Shown here piece by piece: positions 8,201 through 15,119 of a stretch of DNA of 64,000 nt. The stretch's first letter is position 1. Each line of letters opens with the position of its first letter. Below the pieces are notes generated by a model. The model made no database searches. It was given only the letters and a program-made list of their open reading frames with translations, and had not been told where the DNA came from. The DNA is from an uncultured Bacteroidaceae bacterium (lineage in GTDB: Bacteria > Bacteroidota > Bacteroidia > Bacteroidales > Bacteroidaceae), in contig CAJOCU010000005.1 in assembly GCA_905233765.1 (NCBI GenBank), positions 31,811-95,810 on the forward strand, given 5' to 3'. The position numbers were made by a program, and so were the translations under genes.

Positions 8201-9614
8201 CTGCAATGCGGTCGCTGATGTCATCTACCTCGGCATAGGTGTAACGATGGTCCTTGAAAACGACGGCTTCGGCATCTGGTGTGGCCTTGGCCTGCCGGCG
8301 GAACAGCGACACCACCGTCTGGGTGTCATCATAGGGACGGTCTGTATCGTTGAACGAGTCGAGAAGCTCCACCTGCGAAGCTGTGGTAATATTGATGTCG
8401 CTCAGTTTTTCTTCACTGAGGAACCCCGCTACCACCGCCTCATAGCTTTCCATCAACTGGGTGATAAGCAACTCGCTATACATATTGGCGCTGTATTCTG
8501 CCTCCACACAATAATGGCCGTCCTTCGTGTATGCCTTCAGATAGAGCGGCATCTCGCGGGTGTTGTTGTTCAGACGTCGGGCTGTCATCGGCTTGCCGCA
8601 TAGTTCCAGACTATCGAACAGGGGTCCGTGCCAGACAAAGAGTGTGGCAGCCTGCAGTCCCAAGTCTGCGGCTACGTCAGCGTATGCGTAGGCCTCGTGC
8701 TGGCGCTGCCCCATCATTTGCCGCTCCCCAGCCCTCAGGAAGTCGAGCACGGTGGTGTCGTTGTCAAACTTCGTATAGACGGGCAATGTTCTTACCAACA
8801 TGGCTACCGAGTGGGCCAGACGCTTATCGGCTCGCCCATTGTGTATCGTGTTGAACAGCACCTGCTGCTCGTTGTTGTATTTCGCCAGCAGAAAGCTGTA
8901 GGCTGCCGTGAAGAAAGTGCTCTTAAAGATGTCGTGCTCCTTGCAATAGGCTTCGACAGCATCGATGGCTACATTCATCGTCCGCGTCAGCAGACCCTCT
9001 TGAGGCTCTTCTCCGTCCAAATCGGGCAGCAACGGTGAATAGCAGTCGCCGCAATCGAAGTTTTCTGCATACCATTTTTTGTCCTCCTCAAAGGCCGGAC
9101 TCTCGCGCTGCGCAGCCTCAGCCTGGGCTACCTCGGCCAAAGTCAATGCCTCGGCCTCTAACGTTTCGCCACGATAGGCTTTCTCGATGTCGGCCAGCAG
9201 CACCTTTCTCGATGTGCCGTCGCTGATGATATGGTGGATGTCCTGCAGCAGATAATAGTGCGCAGCATCCTTTAGCAGACGGATTCGGAACAAACGGTCA
9301 TGATACAGGTCGAAGGGCTTGACGAAACTGTCGATGGTCATCTGTGGGTTGTCAACGGTCTCGACCTCGAGACTGAATGTCTCGCTATCGCAGATGGTTT
9401 GCACGGCATCGCCCTGCTCGTTCAACTCGATGCGCGTAAACAGCGTCGGGTGGGCCTTCACGGCAGCCTCGATGGCCGCCGTCAGTTTTTCCTCGTCCAA
9501 ACTGGCGTCTAAGATGTAAACATAGGGTATGTTATAACAAGCCTCTCCCTGGTGGTTGACACATTCCACGTAGAGACCATACTGCGTTTTAGTTAATGGC
9601 GCGGAAATCTTCAT
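2196..9614 (-). CDS. bimodular non-ribosomal peptide synthetase, domain order C-A-T-C-A-T-R (terminal thioester reductase)
   Basis: 2472 aa ORF. C1 motif HHIISDG is at about 9216-9236. A1 core LLYTSGSTGIPKG is at about 7858-7896, and A1 also has NGYGPTE and KVNKRALP. T1 reads LGYAGLTSISAIKL at about 6720. C2 motif HHLIFDGGS is at about 6131-6157. A2 core MIYTSGSTGKPKG is at about 4741-4775, and A2 also has NVYGPTE and NGKINRKALP. T2 reads FFEIGGTSINAIKV at about 3600. The R domain has LLTGATGYLGIHIL at about 3301-3340 and YSKYKAEE. No TE domain is present. Confidence 0.95.
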   Translation of the reverse strand: MKISAPLTKTQYGLYVECVNHQGEACYNIPYVYILDASLDEEKLTAAIEAAVKAHPTLFTRIELNEQGDAVQTICDSETFSLEVETVDNPQMTIDSFVKPFDLYHDRLFRIRLLKDAAHYYLLQDIHHIISDGTSRKVLLADIEKAYRGETLEAEALTLAEVAQAEAAQRESPAFEEDKKWYAENFDCGDCYSPLLPDLDGEEPQEGLLTRTMNVAIDAVEAYCKEHDIFKSTFFTAAYSFLLAKYNNEQQVLFNTIHNGRADKRLAHSVAMLVRTLPVYTKFDNDTTVLDFLRAGERQMMGQRQHEAYAYADVAADLGLQAATLFVWHGPLFDSLELCGKPMTARRLNNNTREMPLYLKAYTKDGHYCVEAEYSANMYSELLITQLMESYEAVVAGFLSEEKLSDINITTASQVELLDSFNDTDRPYDDTQTVVSLFRRQAKATPDAEAVVFKDHRYTYAEVDDISDRIAGYIVSKGLGVGDAVSVIIPRCEWMAIASLGVLKAGCAYQPLDPSYPKERLNFMMKDAGAKLLIADEELRDLVDEYQGEVLLTKDLLSLAATLSQPTEPKPDSLFILLYTSGSTGIPKGCQLTHANLVCYCNWYWKYYDLKPEHNVAEYASYGFDVHQEGIYPPLTRGATVHIIPEELRLDLVSLNEYLEREHITHTFMTTQVGYQFATNIENHSLMHLSVAGEKLASIAPPQGYQLHNGYGPTEATIIITVYPITKKDTDVPIGKPLDNVRLYVVDQQGRRLPVGAMGEMWVAGPQVALGYLNRPDKNAEVFIQNPFTDNEKYARVYKTGDIVRWLPDGNLQFIGRRDGQVKIRGFRIELKEVEAVIREFPGIKDATVQAFDDENGGKFIAAYIVSDQQVDTEALNSFILDQKPPYMVPAVTMQIDKIPLNQNQKVNKRALPKPVKSVAMSSQQTEQAPLNVLEQELHEMIAAIVGNTDFGITTVLGYAGLTSISAIKLAIQVNKRYGVTLDSKSLVKSGTLQSIENEIWRNLTKGEGSGHSQEQNLSTPLYWRGDGGEAVPLSYAQTGVYFDCLKNPETTLYNIPNKIAFPQQTDTAQLAEALRTLVKVHPEMTAHFGNGDEGIVQTVDLEQAVEIPVKQMSEEELSSYKHDFVRPFDLNKGPLYRFEIVTTERQTYLMMDVHHLIFDGGSVDIFLQQLCSVLNGYSIEDEDQNYAAYVTAEKVAEGGADYQAAKDFFKERLSVVETATEVRPDLPNPSKGTIGKAISSLDFEAIDAFCRGNHITPAHLILSAIYYSLSRFANNEQVCITTVSSGRSNLHIRNTVGMFVNTLALSATIGKQSVKEFLQEVSENFDETLRHENYPFAQIAADYGLTAEIQLVYQLGMISQYVCQGTPLEIEGLELQVPKFPITFFIRDINGQACVCVEYDNGKYSARLMQSLADAVKVTVERMIAKPDAALTSISIVSDEEAQRIIKIGTGKEIDIDISKTFANLFTEQAKRTPDAPAVVDRDSQLTYAEMDNYSNALAHQLIDFGVQPNDFVCVMLDRFKEFPLAVLSIHKAGAAYTPLDFEYPNERLSYMLENSESKVLITTHAVLEAKQAEGDFSTAAARTFFIDDFMASAVGGLPADTPLDLSSPDGLAYMIYTSGSTGKPKGAMLHQAGLRNFIAVVIDMEKLTAADRISGHRSFSFDAHIEDMYPVLTLGGSFHVMPTEIRKDLAQIRQFLIDHQCTGGGYSTAMTSLLLNAFDDLPIRFTTGGGEKMDGVYSDHIEIINVYGPTECTDDTSYYAIAPGRRVENIPIGQSVANNWNFIVDTAGNLVPQGVAGELCFAGIQVGRGYWRLPERTATSFVDCPFVKEDRWGRPVRMYHTGDLCRWNDEGQLEYLGRIDTQVKLRGFRIELGEIENKALNIEGIRQAAAEVRKVQGNEHLVLYYTVSDGSAIGDEDICTALKASSLADYMVPDVYMKMEVMPMTPNGKINRKALPVPEMKRATEYEAPKGEMEELFCTIFSDVLKIQEVGATDNFFEIGGTSINAIKVIVEASKHGVQIVFNDLFNLKTPKALAAFVRAPLSSPEGDTIQMSSDNATIEAPSGAVGGAPSILTKNTLSSFHNGKRQPIGDVLLTGATGYLGIHILNELLTNYEGHILCPIRAKGDEEATSRLKTMYFYYFGKTEAFQHFGERITAFAAEVTQPNALDNAPLPNRGGGGGGALTVINCVANVKHFSAGNDIEMVNIESVRHLITFCLRTGSRLIHISTNSIAGISVDNVPGPEVKLTEQLLDIGQNIDANKYVYSKYKAEELVLDAIANHGLNAKIMRVGNLSARQKDGEFQINFNTNNFLAKLRAYVVIGMVPYEALDQRFEFSPIDEVAHAIMLLAQTPKECMVFHPSNTHRQFLSDILTGFSEAGITLKRVENEEYQQALEKMMENPDLVTLLRPLMAYDMGIGHKTRWIEADNEYTTQVLYRLGFQWPTTAADYVHRFVDTIVGFDFFTPPASSDR
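3063..3101. repeat. GC-rich palindromic unit, in-frame inside the NRPS reductase domain (encodes PLPNRGGGGGGA)
   Basis: ggccccacccccgccccctcccctgttagggaggggagc. A C-rich arm, a GTTA loop and a G-rich arm. It aligns with the units at 50622, 43471(rc), 6519 and 43400. Confidence 0.7.
3401..3493. repeat. 93 bp MITE-like composite with ~28 bp terminal inverted repeats, in-frame in the NRPS T2-R linker
   Basis: The left end is gagccccccccacggcccccgagggggc. The reverse complement of the right end is gagcccccctgtcgtcccccgagggggac, about 24 of 28 identical. The core is a 36 bp AT-richer stretch. 93 nt equals 31 codons (APLSSPEGDTIQMSSDNATIEAPSGAVGGAPS). Confidence 0.7.
6511..6606. repeat. GC-rich repeat unit(s), in-frame in the NRPS T1-C2 linker
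   Basis: 6519 gacagcctcacccccatcccctctccagtagaggggcg aligns with the family. A second partial C-rich unit, ccactcccctcgccctttgtgagg, is at 6583-6606. Together they encode LTKGEGSGHSQEQNLSTPLYWRGDGGEA. Confidence 0.55.
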
Positions 9615-9617
9615 ATG

Positions 9618-10964
9618 TCAATTTTTACACTCTCTTAATTCAAACTTAACCTTGTATTTCTTGTGGAGGACGAAGATGGCTACCATCTCGATGAGGTAGG
9701 CCAGCAGATAGCTGAACCACAAATAGTGGGGCGCCATGTACGACATGATCCACAGCACGGGAATGACCGTCAGCGACAGTGCAAAGGAAATGAACAGCGC
9801 TATCTGGTGGTAGTTGTAGAGCTTATAGACGATCATGATGGTGTAGATGTAGCAGAACGGAATGAGACTGACGGCAAAGATGCGCAGCGCGTAGCAACCC
9901 TCGGCAATCATGTCTGCCTCGTAGGCTCCGAATAGATGCACGATCATCTCCGGCCATATCCACACACAGACGCAGGTGATGAGCATTGCCACGGTGATGA
10001 AGCCAAAAGATTTACGCTGTACCAGCATGAAAGCCTCATCGTCGCCCTTGCCCACCTGAATGGAGCCAAACGACTGGATGGTGCGGCAGACTCCCCCAAG
10101 GAAGAGGTTGTATATCTGCAACAGGTACATACAGATGGCGAAAGCGAAAACACCCGCCCGCCCCAGTGCCGAAACGACGATGTGGTTAGAGCAGAACAGC
10201 AGCACTGTCAGACAGACGGAAGCAATGGCCAGCGGTGCGCCTTGCGACACGATATCTTTCAGAGTAGAAATAAAACTTACCGGCCGCGCTGGCTTGTTCA
10301 GGGTGAGCCGCAGCGTGTTCTTGGCTGAGAAAAAATGGAACGCCATCATGGCGATGCCCACCACGTGGCCGATGACGGTAGCCGTAGAACTACTGGCAAT
10401 ACCCCATCCGAAATACTTGATGAACACAACGTCGAGCACCAGATGGACGGCATTATCGACGAAAATCGAGACCGACACCAGCTTCGGACTGCCATCGACA
10501 CTGACCATCGTATCAATACCCCACATCAGCAGATAGAATGGTGCACCAAGCATCATCACCCGCAGATAGGCCTTAGTGGGCTCAAAGAGTTCCTCGCTGC
10601 TGCACAGCAACCTGGTGGAGGCATCGGGGAAGAACAGACCGAAGGCCGAGATAATGAGACCCGCCACCAGACAGGCCATCATCGATACGGTGAAGATGTA
10701 CGAGGCGCGCTGCGTGTCCTTCTTCCCCAGCTGAATACCCACCAGCATGCCGGCACCCGTCGCCAGCAACATGTTGAGGGTAAACAGAAACTGTATCATG
10801 GTACGCGATATGTTGACGGCACTCACTGAGTCCTCGTCAATCAGGTTACCCACGATGATGGCGTCAATGACATTGCCCAGACAGGCCGAGAGGGCAATGA
10901 GAATGGACGACCATAAGAAACGCCAGAACTGGAGATTAAACTCCTTTTGCTCTTTTGTATTCAT
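9618..10964 (-). CDS. MATE family efflux transporter
   Basis: A 12-TM-like hydrophobic protein (ORF 9618..11003). The start is set at MNTKEQKEF (ATG at 10964). Its stop lies 3 nt before the NRPS start, so the two are likely co-transcribed. Confidence 0.8.
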   Translation of the reverse strand: MNTKEQKEFNLQFWRFLWSSILIALSACLGNVIDAIIVGNLIDEDSVSAVNISRTMIQFLFTLNMLLATGAGMLVGIQLGKKDTQRASYIFTVSMMACLVAGLIISAFGLFFPDASTRLLCSSEELFEPTKAYLRVMMLGAPFYLLMWGIDTMVSVDGSPKLVSVSIFVDNAVHLVLDVVFIKYFGWGIASSSTATVIGHVVGIAMMAFHFFSAKNTLRLTLNKPARPVSFISTLKDIVSQGAPLAIASVCLTVLLFCSNHIVVSALGRAGVFAFAICMYLLQIYNLFLGGVCRTIQSFGSIQVGKGDDEAFMLVQRKSFGFITVAMLITCVCVWIWPEMIVHLFGAYEADMIAEGCYALRIFAVSLIPFCYIYTIMIVYKLYNYHQIALFISFALSLTVIPVLWIMSYMAPHYLWFSYLLAYLIEMVAIFVLHKKYKVKFELRECKN

Positions 10965-10981
10965 CTTGTATTCGTGTTTAC

Positions 10982-11176
10982 TCAAAGAAACCGAATGCAG
11001 CAATCTGTCTCAACATCTGGATGATGTATTCGCTGAGGGTATCGCTCCAGTGGAAACCGAGACGGCGCAGGACTCAACTTGATGATACACGGAATATTAT
11101 ACTGCATCATCTGCGGATATTTCAGGCAGTCGTAAAGAACGCCCAACTGTGACTGGAGCAAAGGATAGGTTTTCAT
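10982..11176 (-). pseudogene. truncated remnant of an NRPS condensation-domain N-terminus (64 codons)
   Basis: [34 protein letters not shown] aligns with the start of C2 in the neighbouring NRPS (VPLSYAQTGVYFDCLKNPETTLYNIPNKIAF) and with C1 (APLTKTQYGLYVECVNHQGEACYNIPYVYIL). It then degenerates and stops. Its ATG overlaps the folE stop (ATGA). Confidence 0.5.
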
Positions 11177-11754
11177 GTGTTCTCTTTGAAAAGCTGCTGG
11201 AGGAATTCCTGGCGCACCTGATTTTGCTCGAAAGCACCGATGTGGTGCATCGTGGTTGTGTAGGCCTCTTGTTTGGCGACCCCACGCATCTGCATGCAGA
11301 GGTGTCGTGCTTCGACGACGACCATGACACCGAGAGGGTTGAGTGCTTCCTGGATGCAATGAGCAATCTGCTGGGTCATGCGCTCCTGCACCTGCAGGCG
11401 ATGGCTGAAGGTGTTGACGATGCGTGGAAGCTTTGACAGCCCTGTGATTTCGCCATTGGGTATGTAGGCGATGTGCACCTTCCCGAAGAAGGGTAGGAGA
11501 TGGTGCTCACAAAGAGAGTAGAATTCGATGTCGCGCACGACGACCATGTTGTGGTAATTCTCCTTGAAGAGAGCTGAACGCAGGATGGCTATGGGGTCCT
11601 CGTCGTAGCCTCGCGTGAGTTCCAGCCATGCACGTGCTACGCGAATGGGCGTCTTGAGGAGGCCTTCGCGTGAGGGATTCTCGCCGAGAAGTTGAAGGAT
11701 GTCCGCGTAGTGTTCGGCGAGCGCATCCTGGCGTTGCTGCTTAGTAATAGACAT
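11173..11754 (-). CDS. folE: GTP cyclohydrolase I
   Basis: 193 aa. Contains [20 protein letters not shown] and [15 protein letters not shown], which are typical FolE motifs. Confidence 0.9.
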   Translation of the reverse strand: MSITKQQRQDALAEHYADILQLLGENPSREGLLKTPIRVARAWLELTRGYDEDPIAILRSALFKENYHNMVVVRDIEFYSLCEHHLLPFFGKVHIAYIPNGEITGLSKLPRIVNTFSHRLQVQERMTQQIAHCIQEALNPLGVMVVVEARHLCMQMRGVAKQEAYTTTMHHIGAFEQNQVRQEFLQQLFKENT

Positions 11755-12373
11755 AAATCTTGCTTTTTACTATGCTGGCTTCTCCGAATTTTTGCGTGTC
11801 GCGCATCTTGCGGAGCTGTTCCAAGGCCTCCTCTCGCGTTTTGAAATCGCCAACGCGGCACACCCAACGCGGGGAGATGAAACTGGTATAGACGGACACG
11901 TCGCTGAAGCTGGAGCGTACGAGGCCAGCCATCCGATGGGCTTCGGACTTCGATTGTCGGCTATTGCCGCCGGCATAAACTTGGATGCGGTAGCCCACCG
12001 CTTGTGTGCGATGTCCGTGGTGCTGTTCGCGAAAGGAGTCAGCTGAGAGGGCTGTGGTATCGGGCTCCGTCTTATGGCTGTGAACGGGCTTGACGGCACC
12101 ACTGTGGTTGCCAGGATGGGAGACCGGAGAATTGACTAGGGCCTCAATTTCGGCATCCTGACGGAGGGTTACCCGCCCCTCACCCGCCGTTTGACGGGTG
12201 AGGTGCTGGGTGAATGTCTCCTGGGCGTAAACGCCAGTGGGAAATAATAAAAGATAAATAAGAAATAAGAAATATGAAAAAATAAATAATAAATGAGGGG
12301 TATGGTCTCCCTCGCGGAAGCGCTTCGATCCCAACGTTTTGGCATTAGCCTTTAAGAAATCCTTATTTATCAT
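11741..12373 (-). CDS. SPOR domain-containing membrane-anchored protein
   Basis: The C-terminal segment [23 protein letters not shown]...[22 protein letters not shown] is SPOR-like. The N-terminal hydrophobic anchor is [17 protein letters not shown]. The gene carries two GC-rich repeat units and an AT-rich heptamer array. Confidence 0.75.
   Translation of the reverse strand: MINKDFLKANAKTLGSKRFREGDHTPHLLFIFSYFLFLIYLLLFPTGVYAQETFTQHLTRQTAGEGRVTLRQDAEIEALVNSPVSHPGNHSGAVKPVHSHKTEPDTTALSADSFREQHHGHRTQAVGYRIQVYAGGNSRQSKSEAHRMAGLVRSSFSDVSVYTSFISPRWVCRVGDFKTREEALEQLRKMRDTQKFGEASIVKSKIYVYY
12164..12203. repeat. GC-rich palindromic unit, in-frame in the SPOR gene linker (encodes [11 protein letters not shown])
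   Basis: gagggttacccgcccctcacccgccgtttgacgggtgagg. The 9 bp stem is cctcacccg / cgggtgagg. Confidence 0.55.
12245..12293. repeat. tandem heptanucleotide array (7 units, TARDAAA) encoding the hydrophobic anchor of the SPOR protein
   Basis: taataaa agataaa taagaaa taagaaa tatgaaa aaataaa taataaa. It is followed directly by the small hairpin gaggggtatggtctccctc (12295-12313). Confidence 0.6.
12295..12313. repeat. short GC hairpin (gagggg-tatggtct-ccctc), in-frame (encodes REGDHTP)
   Basis: The inverted repeat GAGGG / CCCTC is read directly. The REGD peptide resembles those encoded by the other units. Confidence 0.4.
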
Positions 12374-12478
12374 TAATCTTTTATTTTAGTTTCGCTTTCT
12401 TCATAAAAAACATTCATGTCCTCGAGCTTTTTTGTATGTGCTCGGATACAAAATGTTTTTTAGCGCAAAGCGCGAGGT

Positions 12479-13237
12479 TTAGTTCCAAGCGTCGATGATA
12501 CCCTTGAAGTCTGCACACTTCAGAGCAGCCCCACCGATGAGGCCGCCATCCACGTCGGGTTTGGAGAATATCTCCTTGGCGTTGCTGGGCTTGCAGCTTC
12601 CACCGTAGAGGATGCTGATGTTCTCGGCTGCAGCCTCGCCGAAACGGCCTGCGATGACGCCACGGATGAAAGCGTGCATGTCCTCGGCCTGCTCAGCAGT
12701 AGCGGTCTTGCCGGTGCCGATGGCCCACACGGGTTCGTAGGCTAGGATGATGTTGGCGAGCTGCTCCTCGGTGAGGTCGAAGAGGCTGTCGGCGAGCTGT
12801 GCGCCTACGACTTCGTTCTGCTTGCCGGCCTCGCGCTCCTCAAGCACTTCGCCGATGCAGAAGATGACCTTCAGCCCGTTGGCCAGGGCGAGGTTCACTT
12901 TCTCCTTCAGAATCTCGGCGGTCTCGCCGTAGTAAGCACGACGCTCGCTATGGCCAAGGATGACGTACTCGGCACCGGCGCTCTTGACCTGAGCAGCGCT
13001 AACCTCACCTGTGTAGGCGCCTTTCTCCTTGTCGGCGCAGTTCTCTGCGCCCAGACCGATGACGGTTCCAGCGACCACATCGGCCACCTTTGCCAGGTGA
13101 ATGAAGGGTGTGCAGATGACGACATCACAGTTGGGTTTTTCGGCTGCGAGAGCGGCCTTCAGTTCGTTGGCGAGTGCCAGACCTTCTTGCAGGTTCAGGT
13201 TCATTTTCCAGTTGCCTGCTACAATTTTCTTTCTCAT
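12479..13237 (-). CDS. tpiA: triose-phosphate isomerase
   Basis: 252 aa. Contains [16 protein letters not shown] and [14 protein letters not shown]. Confidence 0.95.
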   Translation of the reverse strand: MRKKIVAGNWKMNLNLQEGLALANELKAALAAEKPNCDVVICTPFIHLAKVADVVAGTVIGLGAENCADKEKGAYTGEVSAAQVKSAGAEYVILGHSERRAYYGETAEILKEKVNLALANGLKVIFCIGEVLEEREAGKQNEVVGAQLADSLFDLTEEQLANIILAYEPVWAIGTGKTATAEQAEDMHAFIRGVIAGRFGEAAAENISILYGGSCKPSNAKEIFSKPDVDGGLIGGAALKCADFKGIIDAWN

Positions 13238-13315
13238 ATTTTTCTATATTAGTGGTTTGAATGGGTTTGGGACTATTGGCCTTGTGGGGATTGCTTAAGC
13301 AACCCTTTTCGGGTG

Positions 13316-13323
13316 CAAAGATA
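13316..13323 (-). promoter_or_regulatory. Bacteroidetes -7 promoter box (TATCTTTG) upstream of tpiA
   Basis: The reverse complement of caaagata matches TAnnTTTG. Confidence 0.4.
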
Positions 13324-13375
13324 GTGCTTTTTGGCGTTGGATGTTGCGCTGAACGTAAGTTTTTCGCGCTTTGCC

Positions 13376-14557
13376 CTATTTTTTCGAGTTCTCTGCTACG
13401 TGACTTCGCCTTTTACGCCACCACTGGAAACTCATGTAAGCGCGATCCATAAGGATTAACAGCGCGAGTGGACCGATGTACCATAGCAGCAGTGTGAGCA
13501 GTATGCGACGGTAGGTTTCTACGCGCGGATGGGCGATCTCAAGTTTCTCCAGAGAGCGCGTTAATTGATTCTCCTTCGGCAGGGTGCGATGGCTCCATTT
13601 GCCTAGGATGGTGCCATCGTGCAGGAGTATCAAGCCAGGATTACTGCGCGCCATGGTCTTCAGAGTGAGCTCGTCGGTGAATGCGAAGGGGTACTCGGCT
13701 CCTGTCATGTCCTGCCAGCGATGGATGACGCTGTCGCTGGAGGCGGTTAGGCACAGGAAACGGTAGCCGTAACGTTGTGCATAGTCGCATAGCGCGTTGA
13801 TGCTTTCGAGGTTGCTGTCATCGGCCTGTTCTAAGTGCGGTGCAATCAGCAGGAACGTGTAGGATGGGTCGGCGAGGATGGCCTCGGTAGTATTGTCGGC
13901 ATTGCCATCGAGAGGCTGCACCTCGAAGTCCAGAATCTCGGGTAATGCCTCTGGATCCTCGGGCCATTGCATCGCAGTCGGGATATGCTGCATGACATGG
14001 AATGGACGGAAGTCGATGATAGGCTCGCCGTAGAGGCATAAGCTCGTCAGGAACAGCGCATAAAGCACCGTGAACAACGACACTAACCACTGCAGCGACT
14101 GTGAGACAAGACGGGAGAGGCATTTGCGCTTCCACCACAGCAATGCCAACAACCCCAGCAGCACGATATTCTTGGCGAAGGTCTGCCAGTTGCTCAGATG
14201 CAGAGCGTCGCCGAAGCAGCCGCAGTCGGTGACGGCATTGGTGACAGCGAGCCACAGCGTCAGGGGCGTGTAGATAGCTGTCAGCAGTGACATGAGCACG
14301 ATGGTGGAACGCCTGCGGATGGCGCAGAAGAGCAGGATACCAAGCGTGAACTCCGTCACTCCCAAGGCGATGGCTGTGAACAATGGAATGTAATCGCCCG
14401 AGAAGAAGCCAGAGAGTTTCAGCGCCTCAAGATAATCGTGAATCTTGTACGCCGTACCGCTGGGGTCAATGAGCTTGACCAGCCCGGAAAAAACAAAAGT
14501 GGCGGACACCACCAACCGGCATGTGTTCACCACTGTCCATTGTAGCTTGCTATTCAT
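13376..14557 (-). CDS. DoxX/MauE-like membrane protein with a C-terminal thioredoxin-like soluble domain
   Basis: 393 aa. The N-terminal four-TM region includes a CGCFGD motif. The start overlaps the upstream gene stop (ATGA). Confidence 0.6.
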   Translation of the reverse strand: MNSKLQWTVVNTCRLVVSATFVFSGLVKLIDPSGTAYKIHDYLEALKLSGFFSGDYIPLFTAIALGVTEFTLGILLFCAIRRRSTIVLMSLLTAIYTPLTLWLAVTNAVTDCGCFGDALHLSNWQTFAKNIVLLGLLALLWWKRKCLSRLVSQSLQWLVSLFTVLYALFLTSLCLYGEPIIDFRPFHVMQHIPTAMQWPEDPEALPEILDFEVQPLDGNADNTTEAILADPSYTFLLIAPHLEQADDSNLESINALCDYAQRYGYRFLCLTASSDSVIHRWQDMTGAEYPFAFTDELTLKTMARSNPGLILLHDGTILGKWSHRTLPKENQLTRSLEKLEIAHPRVETYRRILLTLLLWYIGPLALLILMDRAYMSFQWWRKRRSHVAENSKK

Positions 14558-15096
14558 TCTCCGAAGGTCAGTTTGATGAGTCCGAAAACGGCGTAGTTCA
14601 TCATGTCCATGTAGTTGGCATCAATGCCTTCGCTGATGAGTGTAGCGCCACCGAGTTCTTCGATTTGCTTGGTTCGGAATATCTTCTGGAGAATGATGTC
14701 TGTGTAACTGCTCACGCGCATCCCACGCCACGCCTCGTCGTAGTCGTGATTCTTGCGGAGCATGAGTTGGAGGGAGTCTTCTGCCAGACGGTCGTATTCG
14801 GCGATGGCCTCGTCGGTGGTCATGTCATCGGGCGTCTCAGCAATGCCATGTTCCAGCTGGATGAGTCCAATGATGGAGTAGTTGACGATGGCGATGAACT
14901 CAGGACGAATGCCCTCGCCCACTTTCGACTCGCCCTTCATCTCCAACGAGCGGATGCGGTTGGCCTTGATGTATAGTTGGTCTGTCAGGGAGGGGATGCG
15001 GAGAATGCGCCACGCGGCACCGTAGTCGTGCAATTTCTTGACGAAGACGTCGCGGCATTCCTTCATGACCGCACGGAACTGCGCCTCGGTGTTCAT
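14554..15096 (-). CDS. DUF1599-like protein
   Basis: 180 aa with an internal duplication (KKLHDYGAAW ... RKNHDYDEAW). Its position between the M23 peptidase and DoxX genes is conserved in Bacteroidales, as far as I recall. Confidence 0.65.
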   Translation of the reverse strand: MNTEAQFRAVMKECRDVFVKKLHDYGAAWRILRIPSLTDQLYIKANRIRSLEMKGESKVGEGIRPEFIAIVNYSIIGLIQLEHGIAETPDDMTTDEAIAEYDRLAEDSLQLMLRKNHDYDEAWRGMRVSSYTDIILQKIFRTKQIEELGGATLISEGIDANYMDMMNYAVFGLIKLTFGE

Positions 15097-15119
15097 CGTT
15101 CGGAGAAGTCAGGAATGGT

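Noticed and set aside
2196-11003. Mobile-element borders (integrase, transposase, tRNA att site) for the NRPS-MATE island
   Set aside because: The window contains no integrase or transposase ORF, no flanking direct repeats and no tRNA. The call that the island was acquired rests only on synteny expectations and the C-domain scar.
11754-12478. Riboswitch or leader element upstream of folE or downstream of tpiA
   Set aside because: folE overlaps the upstream SPOR gene, which leaves no leader. The 12374-12478 spacer shows only a weak 4 bp GCGC palindrome without a U-tract.
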